A stretch of DNA of 64,000 nt from Hydrolagus affinis (Eukaryota): NCBI GenBank assembly GCA_012026655.1, contig JAAILG010000195.1:1-64000 (forward strand). Reading direction: 5' to 3'. Position 1 is the first letter of the stretch; the number at the start of each line of letters is the position of its first letter. Both the position numbers and the translations under genes were made by a program. Shown piece after piece: positions 24,411 to 35,899 of the stretch. The notes beneath the pieces are model-generated. The model worked only from the letters and a program-made list of their open reading frames with translations, made no database searches and was not told where the DNA came from.

Positions 24411-24531
24411 ATTTTGTCTTAAAATTTTAAGATCATGCAGAATTTTGGAAAATTCTTAACTGTCTTCCAGATGAATGCTGAAGTTAAGAATTTTCCACAA
24501 TTTTGCATAATATTAAATTTTAAGACAAAAT
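24411..24531. repeat. Long imperfect palindrome (about 50-bp arms)
   Basis: ATTTTGTCTTAAAATTTTAAGATCATGCAGAATTTTGGAAAATTCTTAACT mirrors AGTTAAGAATTTTCCACAATTTTGCATAATATTAAATTTTAAGACAAAAT. Confidence 0.85.
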
Positions 24532-24577
24532 GGATAGAATTTTAGGTCTCTAGTTCGTAATTCTGCATCAACTAGCA

Positions 24578-24830
24578 CAGTGGTTCTCAACCTTTTTCGG
24601 TAATGTACCCCTTATTCATTTTCAACATTATCTTGTACCTCCACCCAACCACATACACACACACCACCCACCTCATTCCATGCATTTTATGACCAAGGTT
24701 TTCTTATAAAACAAAATAACTAGCACATACAAATGAGGGGAATAACAATTAAATATACAATGCCACCTGTACCCCCTGGAAGTAATTTTATACCCTCTGG
24801 GGTACATGTACCCCTGGTTGAGAACCGTTG
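24578..24830. mobile_element. hAT (Charlie-like) MITE, 253 bp
   Basis: TIRs CAGTGGTTCTCAACC / GGTTGAGAACCGTTG, perfect 8-bp TSD AACTAGCA (24570-24577, 24831-24838), and repeated GTACCCC subterminal motifs. Confidence 0.95.
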
Positions 24831-25671
24831 AACTAGCATATATTCAAAAAATGAAAAATGGTATGAGGCACAATACAAAAGATAAAGCTGTAGCAAGAAA
24901 CATGATGGCTGTTTATTCTTAGTTAATAGTAAATGTGTAAAATATCAATGTACTTCAAAGCTAATATAGAAAATGTGATACATTTATAATTAGAGTGCTT
25001 GAATTTAGTTCAAAAAGGTCTCCAACTATTCAAAGCGCTGTCCTTAATATACACATTACTGGTTTGTACAGTATTGACCATTTAGCAGAACAAAGAGGAC
25101 AGTAATTGCTTACAGTTGCATTTAAAAGCTCTGCCTCAGTGAAGACCTTGGGGAGATTGTCTTGTTTCATTTTGAGCATTGTATGGGAAAAGGCAGAAAA
25201 ACTTTGTGATTAGAGCTAATAGGTGTACAGCAGTATTCCTGAGCACAAGCTGAGAAATGTCAAATGATAGCATTGTTCATTTTCTTCACATTAAAAATTT
25301 TCAGTCATTCAGTCATGATAATCACACATGGCCACAGCTACACTCTCTGTGCTACCAACTCCTGCAACTATTTGTCCATTATCACTCTTCTAGTGCACAA
25401 CCTTAAGCCTCACCTCTGGCCTTTCATGCAATATTCTCCTACATGGAACCCATTCCATCCATCTCATTATACTGATCTTCAGACTTAGACCACTTTCATA
25501 TCCTTCATCCATGTTCATCCCGTCTATTTTATCAAGCAATACAATATGACCAATTGAGTTTTTGACTACTTCATTAAACTTTAAATGTTCAGTACCTTGT
25601 TATGTATGACAAGTACTGCAGCAGGGTATCCCAAATAATAATTTTATCTTGATTAGAATTTTTGAAATAGA

Positions 25672-25815
25672 ACCAAAGAAGCATAGAAATGAACAGCACA
25701 GAAGAATACCTGTCCTGCTTTTCTGAAAGAGCTATCCATTCAGCATCACTCTCTCTTCCTTTCCCCATACCATGTTACATTTCTCCTTTCCAGAATTTAT
25801 CTAATTCCCTATTGA
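25672..25815 (-). mobile_element. CR1 3' tail fragment
   Basis: CATAGAA..ACAGCACAGAAG..CTGAAAGAGCTATCCA..TTTCCCCATA..TTTATCTAATTCCC is the reverse of a CR1 3' end. Confidence 0.65.
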
Positions 25816-25983
25816 AAAAGGTTATAACAGAGAGAGGTTAAATAAATATCATCTAACCAATAAAAATGCAATTTCTTGCATCCTGTCTAAAAATAAATAT
25901 GTCTTCAGTTTCCATTTCAACTTTACGTGACTGAGCCACACACCATTCTCTCGGTGAGGAAGCAGATGATTGACCTCATCTAG

Positions 25984-26136
25984 ACTTCTGGCAATCTTTT
26001 TCTTGAGCTGATCAAGAGACATATGAGAGGCAGCCGGACTATTCTCCCATCGGATTTCATCAAGAAGTCCATCAAGAAGCAACAGATTTCTTCTCAGTGG
26101 CTCTCTGATGGCACAGAGCTGAGATTCACCATAAAG
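25984..26136 (+). CDS. Candidate exon of an unidentified host gene (TSGNLFLELIKRHMRGSRTILPSDFIKKSIKKQQISSQWLSDGTELRFTIK)
   Basis: Non-repetitive, more GC-balanced than its flanks, 153 nt open in phase 0. Bounded by TTGACCTCATCTAG and a donor AAG/GTAATT; internal ATG at 26023. No protein recognised. Confidence 0.3.
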
Positions 26137-27004
26137 GTAATTACAATAATCATCCTTACATTTCATATTACACCTTTTATTTCAAGAGGCAACTTAAATC
26201 AGTAGCTAGTTAAAGCGCAGTAATGGCCCATAAAGAGATTTTATCTGGAGAACTGTTGGGCCGGACACCAAGAGAAACTCCCCTTTTTTAAAAAAAAATG
26301 CCAATTTGCAAGCAAACCTGTTTAGTGTTGTAGTGTCTTCGTCTCCAATGAACTCAACTATCAAGTAGTTTCCATTATTTAAAACTACTGATAATGAAAT
26401 ATCTGCGTTGTGTAAAGGAAGAGTAGCTGAAGTTATAGAATAGGCAGTTCGGGCAGTACTTCCCCTTGATAATACCAAGTAAACAATTTTTACAAATACT
26501 AGCAGCTTTTAAAAAAAATTATAGAGTGAAACAATCAACCATGATAAAAGAGATCAGACTGACTTAGTAAGTATTTCTGAATCATTGGCAGCATTTTATT
26601 CCTGGTATTAGCATCAATTCAAGTGCTGACACTGACAGTAATGGGGATTTGTAGCACTATGTCACAAAACTTGTATTTTATTCATTGGTGTAACACAGAA
26701 TTATAAACTGACTGAGAAATATCCAATTGAGTGCATCAAGCTGGTAGAGACGATGCTCATGATACTACTTATACATAGAGTGGCCATTCGCTTGCAGAGT
26801 TAAGGTCTATGTAGAAATATAGCATAGAAAGGACATCAAAAAGGTTGGAAGTTTCTCCCTCCATCTAACTCAGTGACATGCATCTTGCATTTCAAACTCT
26901 TCAAAGGTTGGCAGTCAATGTCAGAAAAGGCATCACAGTACCAGGATTGTGCTGCTTCATAGATGATCCAATCAAGAGGAACTGGACCAAAAGCAGCGTG
27001 GCCA

Positions 27005-27411
27005 ATATAACAGCAACTTGCATAGCACCCTGCACCCTGGGGAGAATCTCAGTGTTTAACTGTGGCGGAGCCTGACTCTAAGCTGGAGGTGTGTGTGGGG
27101 GTGGGAGAGTGGGGTGGGCAGGAGGTAGCTGTAAGCATGGTCGAAGAGGAAGGTTTTCAGTCAGCACATGAAAAATGGGAGAGATGGAGGGGGCAAGGTG
27201 GAAGGATTGAAGGAGAGTGTTCCAGAGTTTGGAGGCATAGTGACTGAAAGTGTGACCTCCGATGGTGGGGAGGAGGGTGTGAGGAATGAGCAGGAGGCCG
27301 ATGCCAGTCGAGCTGAGGCACCGGGTGGAGAATGAGCGGGTCGGAGAGGTAGGGATGTTCCAGGAATGAGTGAATTTGAACACGAGAGTGAGGATCTTGA
27401 AGTCAATATCT
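27005..27411 (-). mobile_element. L2 LINE 3' fragment
   Basis: Minus strand encodes IDFKIL..., LSSTGIGLLLIP..TIGGHTFSHYASKLWNTL, followed by the L2 3' end. Confidence 0.9.
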
Positions 27412-29639
27412 AGCTAACAAACAACAAGAGCTTTGATGTCCAATTAATAAAGGTATGCCTATTTTTGACCCTTCTCCAGAGGCAAAGGCTGCAACTTCGG
27501 CTAATGGGGTGGAATTGCAGCATACTGTGTGTGTGGACCATTAAGGAGCATTAAAACTGTGTAGTATGGCTCTGTGGCATTTATTTGCCATCAACAGGAA
27601 TAAAACTTAAATATAAAGTGAACCTTTACAGTTTGCCCCTCCCATTTTCTTACAATGCTGTGATACTTATTAAGTTTGAAATGTTACGAAATCCAAGTAT
27701 TCAAACTATGGTAATATCAACAACAGTCTTTCAGTCTTCGTCAATGAGAACGGAAACTGAGAGGCTGAAAATCCTATTGCCAACATTTAGTAGTAAAATG
27801 CTGTCACGACTGATCTCGATAATTTCATCCTACCTTCCTCATCATTATTTATCTTTGAACTGCACCAGTAATTTATTCACTTTTAAATCTAGCTTAAGTA
27901 AGATCAGAATTATTTGCCATTATTCTGTGTCCTGGATACAGTGACATTCTCCAATATTTTATCCTCATCTGGTCTGCATTTTTTTTTGTTCTGTGTGCAT
28001 GCAAAAAATCATTAAAGAAATATGTGGAAAATGTAAGGAAAAATTATCATGCTGAATATTTTAAAGGAGTAATAAAGTATACAACACATAAAACATGTCA
28101 TATTAACACTAACATTGTGGAAAAAATACATGATTTAAAAAAAATTAACCTTGGCATATTTTGCGATAATGCGTTAATAGAGTGCAATTTTAGCTAACAA
28201 AAGTGGATGTAAAGGATTATTACATTAACTGATTGTTGGATCTGCCTGTTTTTAAGCAAAATACCTGAAAATAGTAGAAACTTATTATTCTGAAGAAATT
28301 GTTGAAACTACTGTATCCTGATATATATTGGAATTTGAAAACCCATCAGACACACTTCAAGAGTTGTTACCGTCACTCAGATGGCCTGAATGGCACCATT
28401 AATCATTCACAAATCCCTCCAAAAAGATGGGAATGTCAGAGATGGAAGAGAATGTCAGAAAATATCAGGAATGATAGTTTAAAAAAAAGGACAAGGGTTA
28501 AAATATTAATGAAAGAATCTATGATGTTTAGCTATAATTGATTACAAAATCATTATGTTTTCACTTATCATATTGATGTAAATCATTTTCATATTTTAAT
28601 ATTCCCTGCTGATGTAAATCATGTCCCTATTGTTAAATACCTTCTACAAATTATGTTAAGTTCAGAAGTATGGTACATCAAATGGTGATACAATATTTAA
28701 CAGCAAGATGCATGTAAATAGCATGAAATATCTGGGGAATTTAAATAATGCCCTCTAAATTTTGTGAATGACATGATTCATACTTTGTGGAAATTACATT
28801 TTTCCTCGAGTAATGTCTCTCCTAACCGCAATCAAACTCTGCCACCCTTTAGCTCCTTCACATAATTTTGCTGTAAATCACCATGAAGGAGATTTTTTTT
28901 CCTAAAACATTCTGCCTGGAGAAGAGTAATTTATATAATCCCTCTCGGCAAGAAATTTTAGAATAAAAATTATGAAGAGTGTAATATTTCATTAGGTACA
29001 GTCAGGCCGACAACACTCCCAAATCCTAGTTACAATATTCAGTTAAATTAGTCTTTTTTTTCCAGAGCTAAAAGAAGGACAAGCATCAGAAGAGAGGCGC
29101 AAGCTAATAACCTTCATCTAAATTGTTTTCACCAAACAAATCAGCCCTCTGCTAATGAACATTCCCCACGGAATAGTCGTGTTCCTGGATCACTGAGCCG
29201 CAGATTGCTTCAGTAAATTCTGTAGTTTAATGTTCCCAGGATCATTAAGACATTCAAAATCAAACACACAGCAACTCACTGAATACAATAGCTGATGAAA
29301 TACAAATATAAAAATGATTGAAAGGCAAAAAGATTTGGAGTTTCTTGAAGGGGCTCCAAATTGTGAGAAATTCCTTCCTATCATTTTAGACAGTTGGTAT
29401 TTTGGAAAAGCTACCAAAAATATGTGGTTAGTGGAATTTAATTGTATATCGCTGAATTTTAAACACCTTTGTGCTTCTATTACCAGAAAGCAGCATTCAC
29501 GTTAAATTTAACCTGCAGGCAATGGCAAAAGTAGAGCTACGATCAGCTTTTAGATTTCCTCCTCTCTTTAATGCCAGCATTGGGAATCTATTGCTGAGAC
29601 TTGCTGAGAGGTGTAGGGGATGAACAGTTTCTGATATTA

Positions 29640-30195
29640 ATATTACTTGCATTTGATACATTGCGCTGCAATATGCTGCAGCACTTTATTCAATGGGCTA
29701 CTGTTGAAATGGAGTGACTGCTTTTATTAGACAATTCTAGACAATCCTAATAACTAAATTTTCTAAGCGCTCTGAGACACCGTCCAGCGTGGAGGGCGCT
29801 ATATAAATCGAAGTTGTTGTTGTTGTTTATTGTTGTAACGGATATGCACCAGTAGCATCTCACGCATCTCAGCAATGAGATGCCAAATTAATGTGTTTAT
29901 AGTAAATTTGGATGATATGGAGAAATATTGGCCAGGACACTGGGAAAACTCGCTGCTCTTCTTTGAAATACTGTCATGGGAACTATGATATCTACCAACT
30001 ACAACTACTAAAACAAGCAGATGGTAGTTCACCACCACCAAATCTAAAAGATGGCACTTCAATAATGCAGGATTTCTTCAGTACTGCAGTAAAGTGTCAG
30101 CTAAATTATGACCTCAAATCCTGTGTTTATGACCTCAAATCCTCAAGCCCACAACCTTCTGACACGAAAGCAAGAGTGTAATCAACTGATTCAAA
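29640..30195 (-). mobile_element. Old Deu-domain SINE with a plus-strand L2 tail inserted at about 29762-29826
   Basis: AAATATTGGCCAGGACACTGGGAAAACTC..GCTCTTCTTTGAAATA..CATGGGA..GATGGCAC..CAGTACTGCA. Insert AAGCGCTCTGAGACACCGTCCAGCGTGGAGGGCGCTATATAAATCGAAG(TTG)n matches the 11158 L2 end. Confidence 0.7.
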
Positions 30196-31135
30196 ATTAC
30201 ACACTTTGGCAACAACCATGGTGAGGATAGGACTATATAGTTAGAATCCCTACCAAATCATGAATGAAATATGGCTAATGTTCTCCTCTAGGGTGTTCCT
30301 ATAATTACCAGTGATCTTCTTTGGTTTGGGTGGCTTAAAGCTGGGGTGCACTCTCTACTGAGGAAGATTTTCCAATGTCCATTCCACCAGCAGCCTAGAA
30401 ACATGTATAGATTTAAATATGGCACTTTTCCATATCAACAGGAAATATTAGGGCATCAGACTCCTAACATTTTAGAAACTTCTTAAATACATAAATTTTG
30501 AAACCTGTTTTTCACATTCTTCAAAATAACTGAGGAACAATGACTTCAAAATTAAGACATTTTTAAAAATGATCTAAAACTCTCCAAATTTTAAGATAGT
30601 GGCCTAAAGATTAAGTTCATCACTAATGGTGTGCCTCTGGTGCAGATAGTGTTCTGCCAATAGCATTAGTGCGCTTGCTACCAGTTACCACCATGGAAAA
30701 AGGCATAAAAGTGTAAGGAATAAAAATGACAGGATTTATTTACAGAAAATAAACACTTAATGTGTATCCCTTGCTCCTACTCAAGTGTACCGATTCAAAC
30801 AAATGAATTCACAACATCTGTTAACTAAATAATTGTTTCAGTTCACATTTTATAGTTACAGCTCTAAATACTATATAGTGAGCATTTATTTAACACAGAG
30901 TCATTAGCTATGTAAACTGGATGAGATCTCACCTATTTTAATGATGGCTTAATAATTATTTATGTGCAGCTGCTTATTAGTAAAAAAAATAGCAACTCCT
31001 CACTGGCTTCTGCTTTACATCAATGCCGTTTCCGATTGCAAACAATAGCCCAAATATGCTGTGCTTTGAGGTTTAATTTAAAGCATAAAAGGTTCATAAA
31101 CCCAATGTATGTGGGAATAAAGATTCTGTTTAGGT

Positions 31136-31560
31136 AATAATAATACTTATATAGCATTATTCATATTGAGAGAATGTCCCAAAGCACTTTACAAAATTGA
31201 GTAAGAGCCAGAACTGGGAGGGACTAAGAAGTTGAGTGAGGCAAATGGCCAAAAGCACTGTCAAAAGATGTAGGTCTTCAGCCTGGATCTGAAGTCAAGA
31301 AGGAAAGAGGTAAGGTATGGGGATTCAGTGAAAGAGTTCTAGGGGAGGAGGAAAAGTGGTTGAAGTGGTTGGTCCAATGATGGAGATGAGTGTACAGTGG
31401 GAATAAACCAAATGAATTTGACAGAGCAGACTATGGGCAGTGTTGCAGGAGATCACATACATAGCTGGGGGAAGGCTATGGAAGCATTTGAAGATATGGA
31501 TCATCAAGTTGATGTGCTGAGGGATAGGGAGCCTGTCGAGCCGATGAGGATAGTAGAGCC
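31136..31560 (-). mobile_element. Degraded L2 3' fragment
   Basis: Purine-rich strand with AAGAGTTCTAG, TGGTCCAATGATGG and GAGGGATAGGGAGCC, corresponding to the WN.L, IG.R and WLPI motifs on the minus strand. Confidence 0.6.
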
Positions 31561-31619
31561 TAGTGATAATAATACTTGCATTTATTACAGATCACACATC
31601 AAATTGTAAGGAGGGAAAC

Positions 31620-31990
31620 TTTTCAGCCAACTGTCGAAATAGCATTTATGAGCAGCAATCATAGAAATGGCAAAATTTAATCTGTTTATGGTGACAGTAG
31701 ATAAGACAGAAATATTAGTCAGGATATCAGGAAACCTCCTTGTTTTCTTTGAAACAACAACAACAACTTCGATTTATTTAGTGCCCTCCATGCCGGATGG
31801 CGTCTCAGAGCTCTTCAAACAGTAGCATGGGATCTTTAATGTCCACCTGAATCATGTGAACAGACAGATGTTCACTACCTTGGCTTAATAGCTCATCCAA
31901 AATTATTGCTAGGGCACTAATGTTCAGTATTCATCTCAACTGCTTTATGAAGCACTACCATCTAACCACCGGACATCTGTAACAAACACA
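31620..31990 (-). mobile_element. Old Deu-domain SINE with an L2 tail inserted at about 31753-31816
   Basis: CATGGGATCTTTAATGTCCACCTGAA Deu motif; insert (AAC)nTTCGATTTATTTAGTGCCCTCCATGCCGGATGGCGTCTCAGAG. Confidence 0.6.
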
Positions 31991-32340
31991 GTAAATTATC
32001 TGAGTGAGTCAGAAAATAGGTTGTGTAAGTTACCACATGGTAATATGGCTGGTAATCGATCAGCGATTACAATAGCAACTTATTTCAGTTGATAGCACTC
32101 TTGCCTCTGGGTGTCGGTTCAAGCTCCATGTTGGATATTCAGAGCACACAATTAAAGTGGATACTCAAATGCAGAACTAGGGGTGGGGGGCAGGAGTGCT
32201 GCATTGTCGGAGATGCTGTTCTTCTGAGATGTGAAAGCCAGGTGCCATTTAGCTGATCAGATGGATAATAAAGAACCTATCACATTATCTGAAAATGGAA
32301 AGGAGTTTCTCCTGGTGTCCTGGCCAACAATTCTCCAGAT

Positions 32341-32700
32341 AATAATCTAATAATAATCTTTGCATTTGATATAGCACCTTATCATGTCTTCGAGACATCT
32401 CAATGCGCTTCACAGAAGGTACTGTAACATGAAATGACTATATTTTGTGGGAAAATCGTAGCAGCCAATTGCACACAGCAGTGTCCCACAAACAGTTGTG
32501 AATTTAGCGACCAATTTTATGATTTTTTTAAAGGAATTATTATCACTGGAAAAGCGATCCACCAATCGACTAACAACAGGGTTCCTACTTACTGCTAGGT
32601 AAACAGAGGAGTGTGGAGTAGGGAAACGTGCTCAACATTTTGCTCTGGCGCTGGGTATAAAACCCAGGTCTCTCACTTGAGAGATACTGAGCTATAGTGG
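32341..32700 (-). mobile_element. SINE family A, long variant, nested in a DeuSINE
   Basis: Tail and body plus the internal segment CTGGAAAAGCGATCCACCAATCGACTAACAACAGGGTTCCTACTTACTGCTAGGTAAACAGAGG, and head CTGAGCTATA. Confidence 0.9.
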
Positions 32701-32749
32701 AGATAAATTGGTCATTCACCCCTTGTTGATTTGGGAACATTACTATGTA

Positions 32750-32810
32750 CAGCACAGACTAGATGGGCCAAATGGCCTCATTTTGTGCCGTTAAAAAAAC
32801 ATTCTATGTA
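32750..32810 (+). mobile_element. CR1 3' terminus nested in a DeuSINE
   Basis: GCACAGACTAGATGGGCCAAATGGCCTCATTTTGTGCCG..ATTCTATG; CTATGTACA occurs on both sides. Confidence 0.75.
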
Positions 32811-33387
32811 CATATTGGCTGCTTTTACAAATGCACAGTTACTATACTTAATAATAATTATTGGAAAGCACTGAAACATCAGATCTAACCTCGTCAAAGA
32901 TCAGGATAGTTCTACAGCTGTAACTAATTATCTAATTTACCTGGTATAGAGGATGCAGCATTATCAGTGGATGAAGGTGAATTACTGACACCTATATAAG
33001 TCAGAGATGATAGAAACCTGAAATTTACATGGAGTAACAAATAGGTGGACACAGATCTCAATGGCAAGGCTTGAACATGTTTCCCTTGGTCAGTTATAGA
33101 ACTCTGCTTCTGTGATTGGAGTGCTGGACTGCAATTGGTCAATATAGAGAGACATCTACCGATATAGTGAATGGAACTGAATGCTCAGTGAAACATGAAA
33201 TCAGTATCATGGATGTAGACATCAAAGAAATCAGAATAAAGCTAATTCTGCACACTCCCGGAACCAGTCAATAATTTAACACATCAATAGATCGTTTTTT
33301 ATTCCATGATGTGTTAATTAGCACTATGGTAATCTGAGTTGATCTATTAGCTCTAGTTGTCTCAATACATAGAATACAGAGATGAGA

Positions 33388-33632
33388 CAACAACAAAAGT
33401 TGCTGGGGAAACTCAGCAGATCAGGCAGCATCCATGGAGAAAAGAAAAAGAGTCAACGTTTCGGGTCTACAACCTTTCGTCAGAACTGGGGCAGTTCTGA
33501 CGAAGGGTTGTAGACCCGAAACGTTGACTCTTTTTCTTTTCTCCATGGATGCTGCCTGATCTGCTGAGTTTCCCCAGCAACTTTTGTTTTTGTTTCAGAT
33601 TCCCAGCATCTGTAATATTTTGTGTTTTGTTT
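33388..33632. mobile_element. Penelope-like retroelement remnant: inverted pair of terminal repeats flanked by a 14-bp TSD
   Basis: Arms 33392-33488 and 33492-33588 are reverse complements (96/97). TSD ATACAGAGATGAGA at 33374-33387 and 33633-33646. The sequence CTGACGAAGGG..CCCGAAACGTT..GATGCTGCCTGATCTGCTGAG is typical of chondrichthyan PLE-type termini. Confidence 0.85.
33493..33529 (+). ncRNA. Minimal type I hammerhead ribozyme motif (mirror copy on the minus strand at 33451-33487)
   Basis: AGTT-CTGACGA-A-GGGT(TGTAG)ACCC-GAAAC-GTT-GACT: conserved CUGANGA and GAAA cores, 4-bp helix II, helix I AGUU:GACU, and a vestigial palindromic helix III (ACGT). Confidence 0.7.
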
Positions 33633-35485
33633 ATACAGAGATGAGAGTTTGTTCAACTCTACCCACAGCGAGCTTGGTACTATAGAGGTGTTGGAATTTA
33701 AAGGTCTGCGGCAACTGCAGTGTGAAGAAGGACAAGGGAATAAAGTCAATCCAGGCAGGAGGGGGAGAGCAACAATTAGAACAATATAAGAATCACAATA
33801 CAATATAGAAGTATAACATACATAATGATGTTACATAGAAGTTTTGGATATGAACAGCAGCTAAACTGCAAGGTTGTATACTTTATTTTCCTTGCTTCCC
33901 AGTCAGCCTTATATTTAACAACAAACAAAACAAATAATCTATGACCCATAAACAAGAGACTCTTATGCCCAAAAGAATTATCCCTTTTTTGTCTACAGCT
34001 TATACATCTTTGAACCACTGTTTTCTGTAATGACCTTCAGGCATTCATTAGCATGCTGATTACCATTAACACAGCTATAACGCAGCAATTTTCTTGCTGT
34101 ATTTGGAGTGCTAGTGCTCATCTGAAGACAGCCAAGGGACAAAATTAACAGCATAAATCTACTGTTGAAACTGGCTTCCATCCAACACTTTGACAGACTG
34201 CTGGATTATCTAGAGTGTGACATGATCACCCAGCTCCCTGCTGATGGTTCATTGAGAGGCCTGTCTCCACACTATGGATTCTGCTACACAGGGGAACTAA
34301 TCTACCAAGAGACTGAACAGTTGATACTATGACACGTCTGCTTCAGATTGCCATCCCTTAACTCTCACGGGTCTTATCTTTTACAGAAATAAGAGCGAGT
34401 TTTTAATAATACTGGACACCTTTCCCGTCAACTCTGTATGACTTGCATAGACTGAAACCTATAGGAAATTATGTGCAAGGCAGTTTCAAAAAGATTTCAT
34501 TTGCCCATCTTACACCTGCTTTATTTCATTCTATTTTGCATATCACTTGCCACCAATAGACAATTATCAAGTACTATACAGAACTGGTGTGTTTTCTAGC
34601 CCCCCACCACCCCACCCACCTCATTCCATTGTAGCAAACAACACTGTTTATTTGAACTAAATTATTAAATCCACATTGAAAAGGAAAAAATATATACATA
34701 GGGCTAATTCTACTTATGATATAGTTAATGTATTTAAGTTTCTGTTAGGTTATAAACCTCATTTCCATTTATTCTGATGATTAATCTGGCTAATTCCAAT
34801 AAAGCAAAGGCTTGATTCAATATTTCTAATGTACTGCATCATAGATTGGTTCCAATAACACTGCTATATATAATGTTGATCCCCAACACATTTAGTTGGC
34901 TTAAATTGCTTAATTTTACATATCTATAGTACTACTTTTCACAACTCCATTTTATACACAAACTAAAGTGTAGATTGCAGTACATTACAAGGCTATCAAC
35001 CTATATTAAGGGATATAGAAAATGCCATAAACTCTTATTTAGAGAAACTGATTCAATTTAACACCATCTCAATGTCTTATACTGTATCTTAAAACACATT
35101 TCTATACATATATTAGTCTTTATCATTGAAAATGAAAGGCATTACTGTTCAGTACAGTGAAATTAGTTCCATTTCAAATGGGAAGCAGGCTCGGGCAATT
35201 TAATCACATGATTCAAGCCAAAGTGATGTTGTGAACCATGAATCATCTATAGTTTCAACGCTTTGTATCACAGTGATATTGAGTTTTGTTTCACACACTG
35301 GGTCTAAAGTATAATATTTGCAAATTGGATGTGTTGCATTAATTCAGGCTTCTGGCTTATGAATATCAGATTGTGGAATTAGTGATGAAATTCCAGAACT
35401 GAAAATTGTAAATCCCAAATTTCAACCAAGTTTAGAGAAAGCAAATCATTGTGTTTTGCTCACTGGATTTTACTCTGCATATAGT

Positions 35486-35815
35486 ATAATAATAATAATG
35501 ACAATCCTTTCATTTGTTATAATGCTTTTCATGTCTTCAAGATGTCTCAAAGCGCTTCACAGAATATACTGCAAATTGAACTGACTGAATATTTGTGGGC
35601 AAAATACTGCAGCCAATTGTACACAGCAGTGTCCTACAAACAGTCGTGGATTTAGTGACCATATTATTACATTCACCCTGCCAAGACTATTTCCCAGGTC
35701 TCTCACTTGCAAGGCGAGTGCTAACAACTAAATCATATTTGTAGAGCACCTTTCACGTCAGGAGGGCATCCCAAGATGCTGGAGGACATCCTTTAACCAC
35801 TGAGCTACATGACTC
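35486..35815 (-). mobile_element. SINE family A with an internal deletion and an L2 tail (35723-35792) inserted in its tRNA head
   Basis: The head is split as GCGAGTGCT | insert | TAACCACTGAGCTACA; the insert is AACAAC..TTTGTAGAGCACCTTTCACGTCAGGAGGGCATCCCAAG. Confidence 0.8.
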
Positions 35816-35899
35816 TATAAGATATACTATTATTATTACAATATAGAAACAAACGATCGCAACATTTGTGTATATATTATGCAGTAATGTGCACAATAA

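Larger units (their letters stand above)
32075..32880 (+). mobile_element. Old Deu-domain SINE carrying two nested insertions
   Basis: Head GATAGCACTCTTGCCTCTG..GGTTCAAG, GAGTGCTGCATTGTCGGAGATGC, GGAGTTTCTCCTGGTGTCCTGGCCAACA; resumes at 32701 (AAATTGGTCATT) and about 32813 (ATTGGCTGC). Confidence 0.7.

Noticed and set aside
25849-26166. 105-aa minus-strand ORF as a gene
   Set aside because: No recognisable domain and no good minus-strand splice signals; the plus-strand frame has the better donor.
30215-30295. Possible second AmnSINE2-like fragment (GGTGAGGATAGGA..TCTAGG)
   Set aside because: Similarity too short and weak to support by eye.
33392-33588. Pre-miRNA gene or assembly fold-back artefact
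   Set aside because: The arms match a dispersed repeat (second copy at 57958), and the unit has a 14-bp TSD and one arm mismatch, consistent with a real retroelement insertion.
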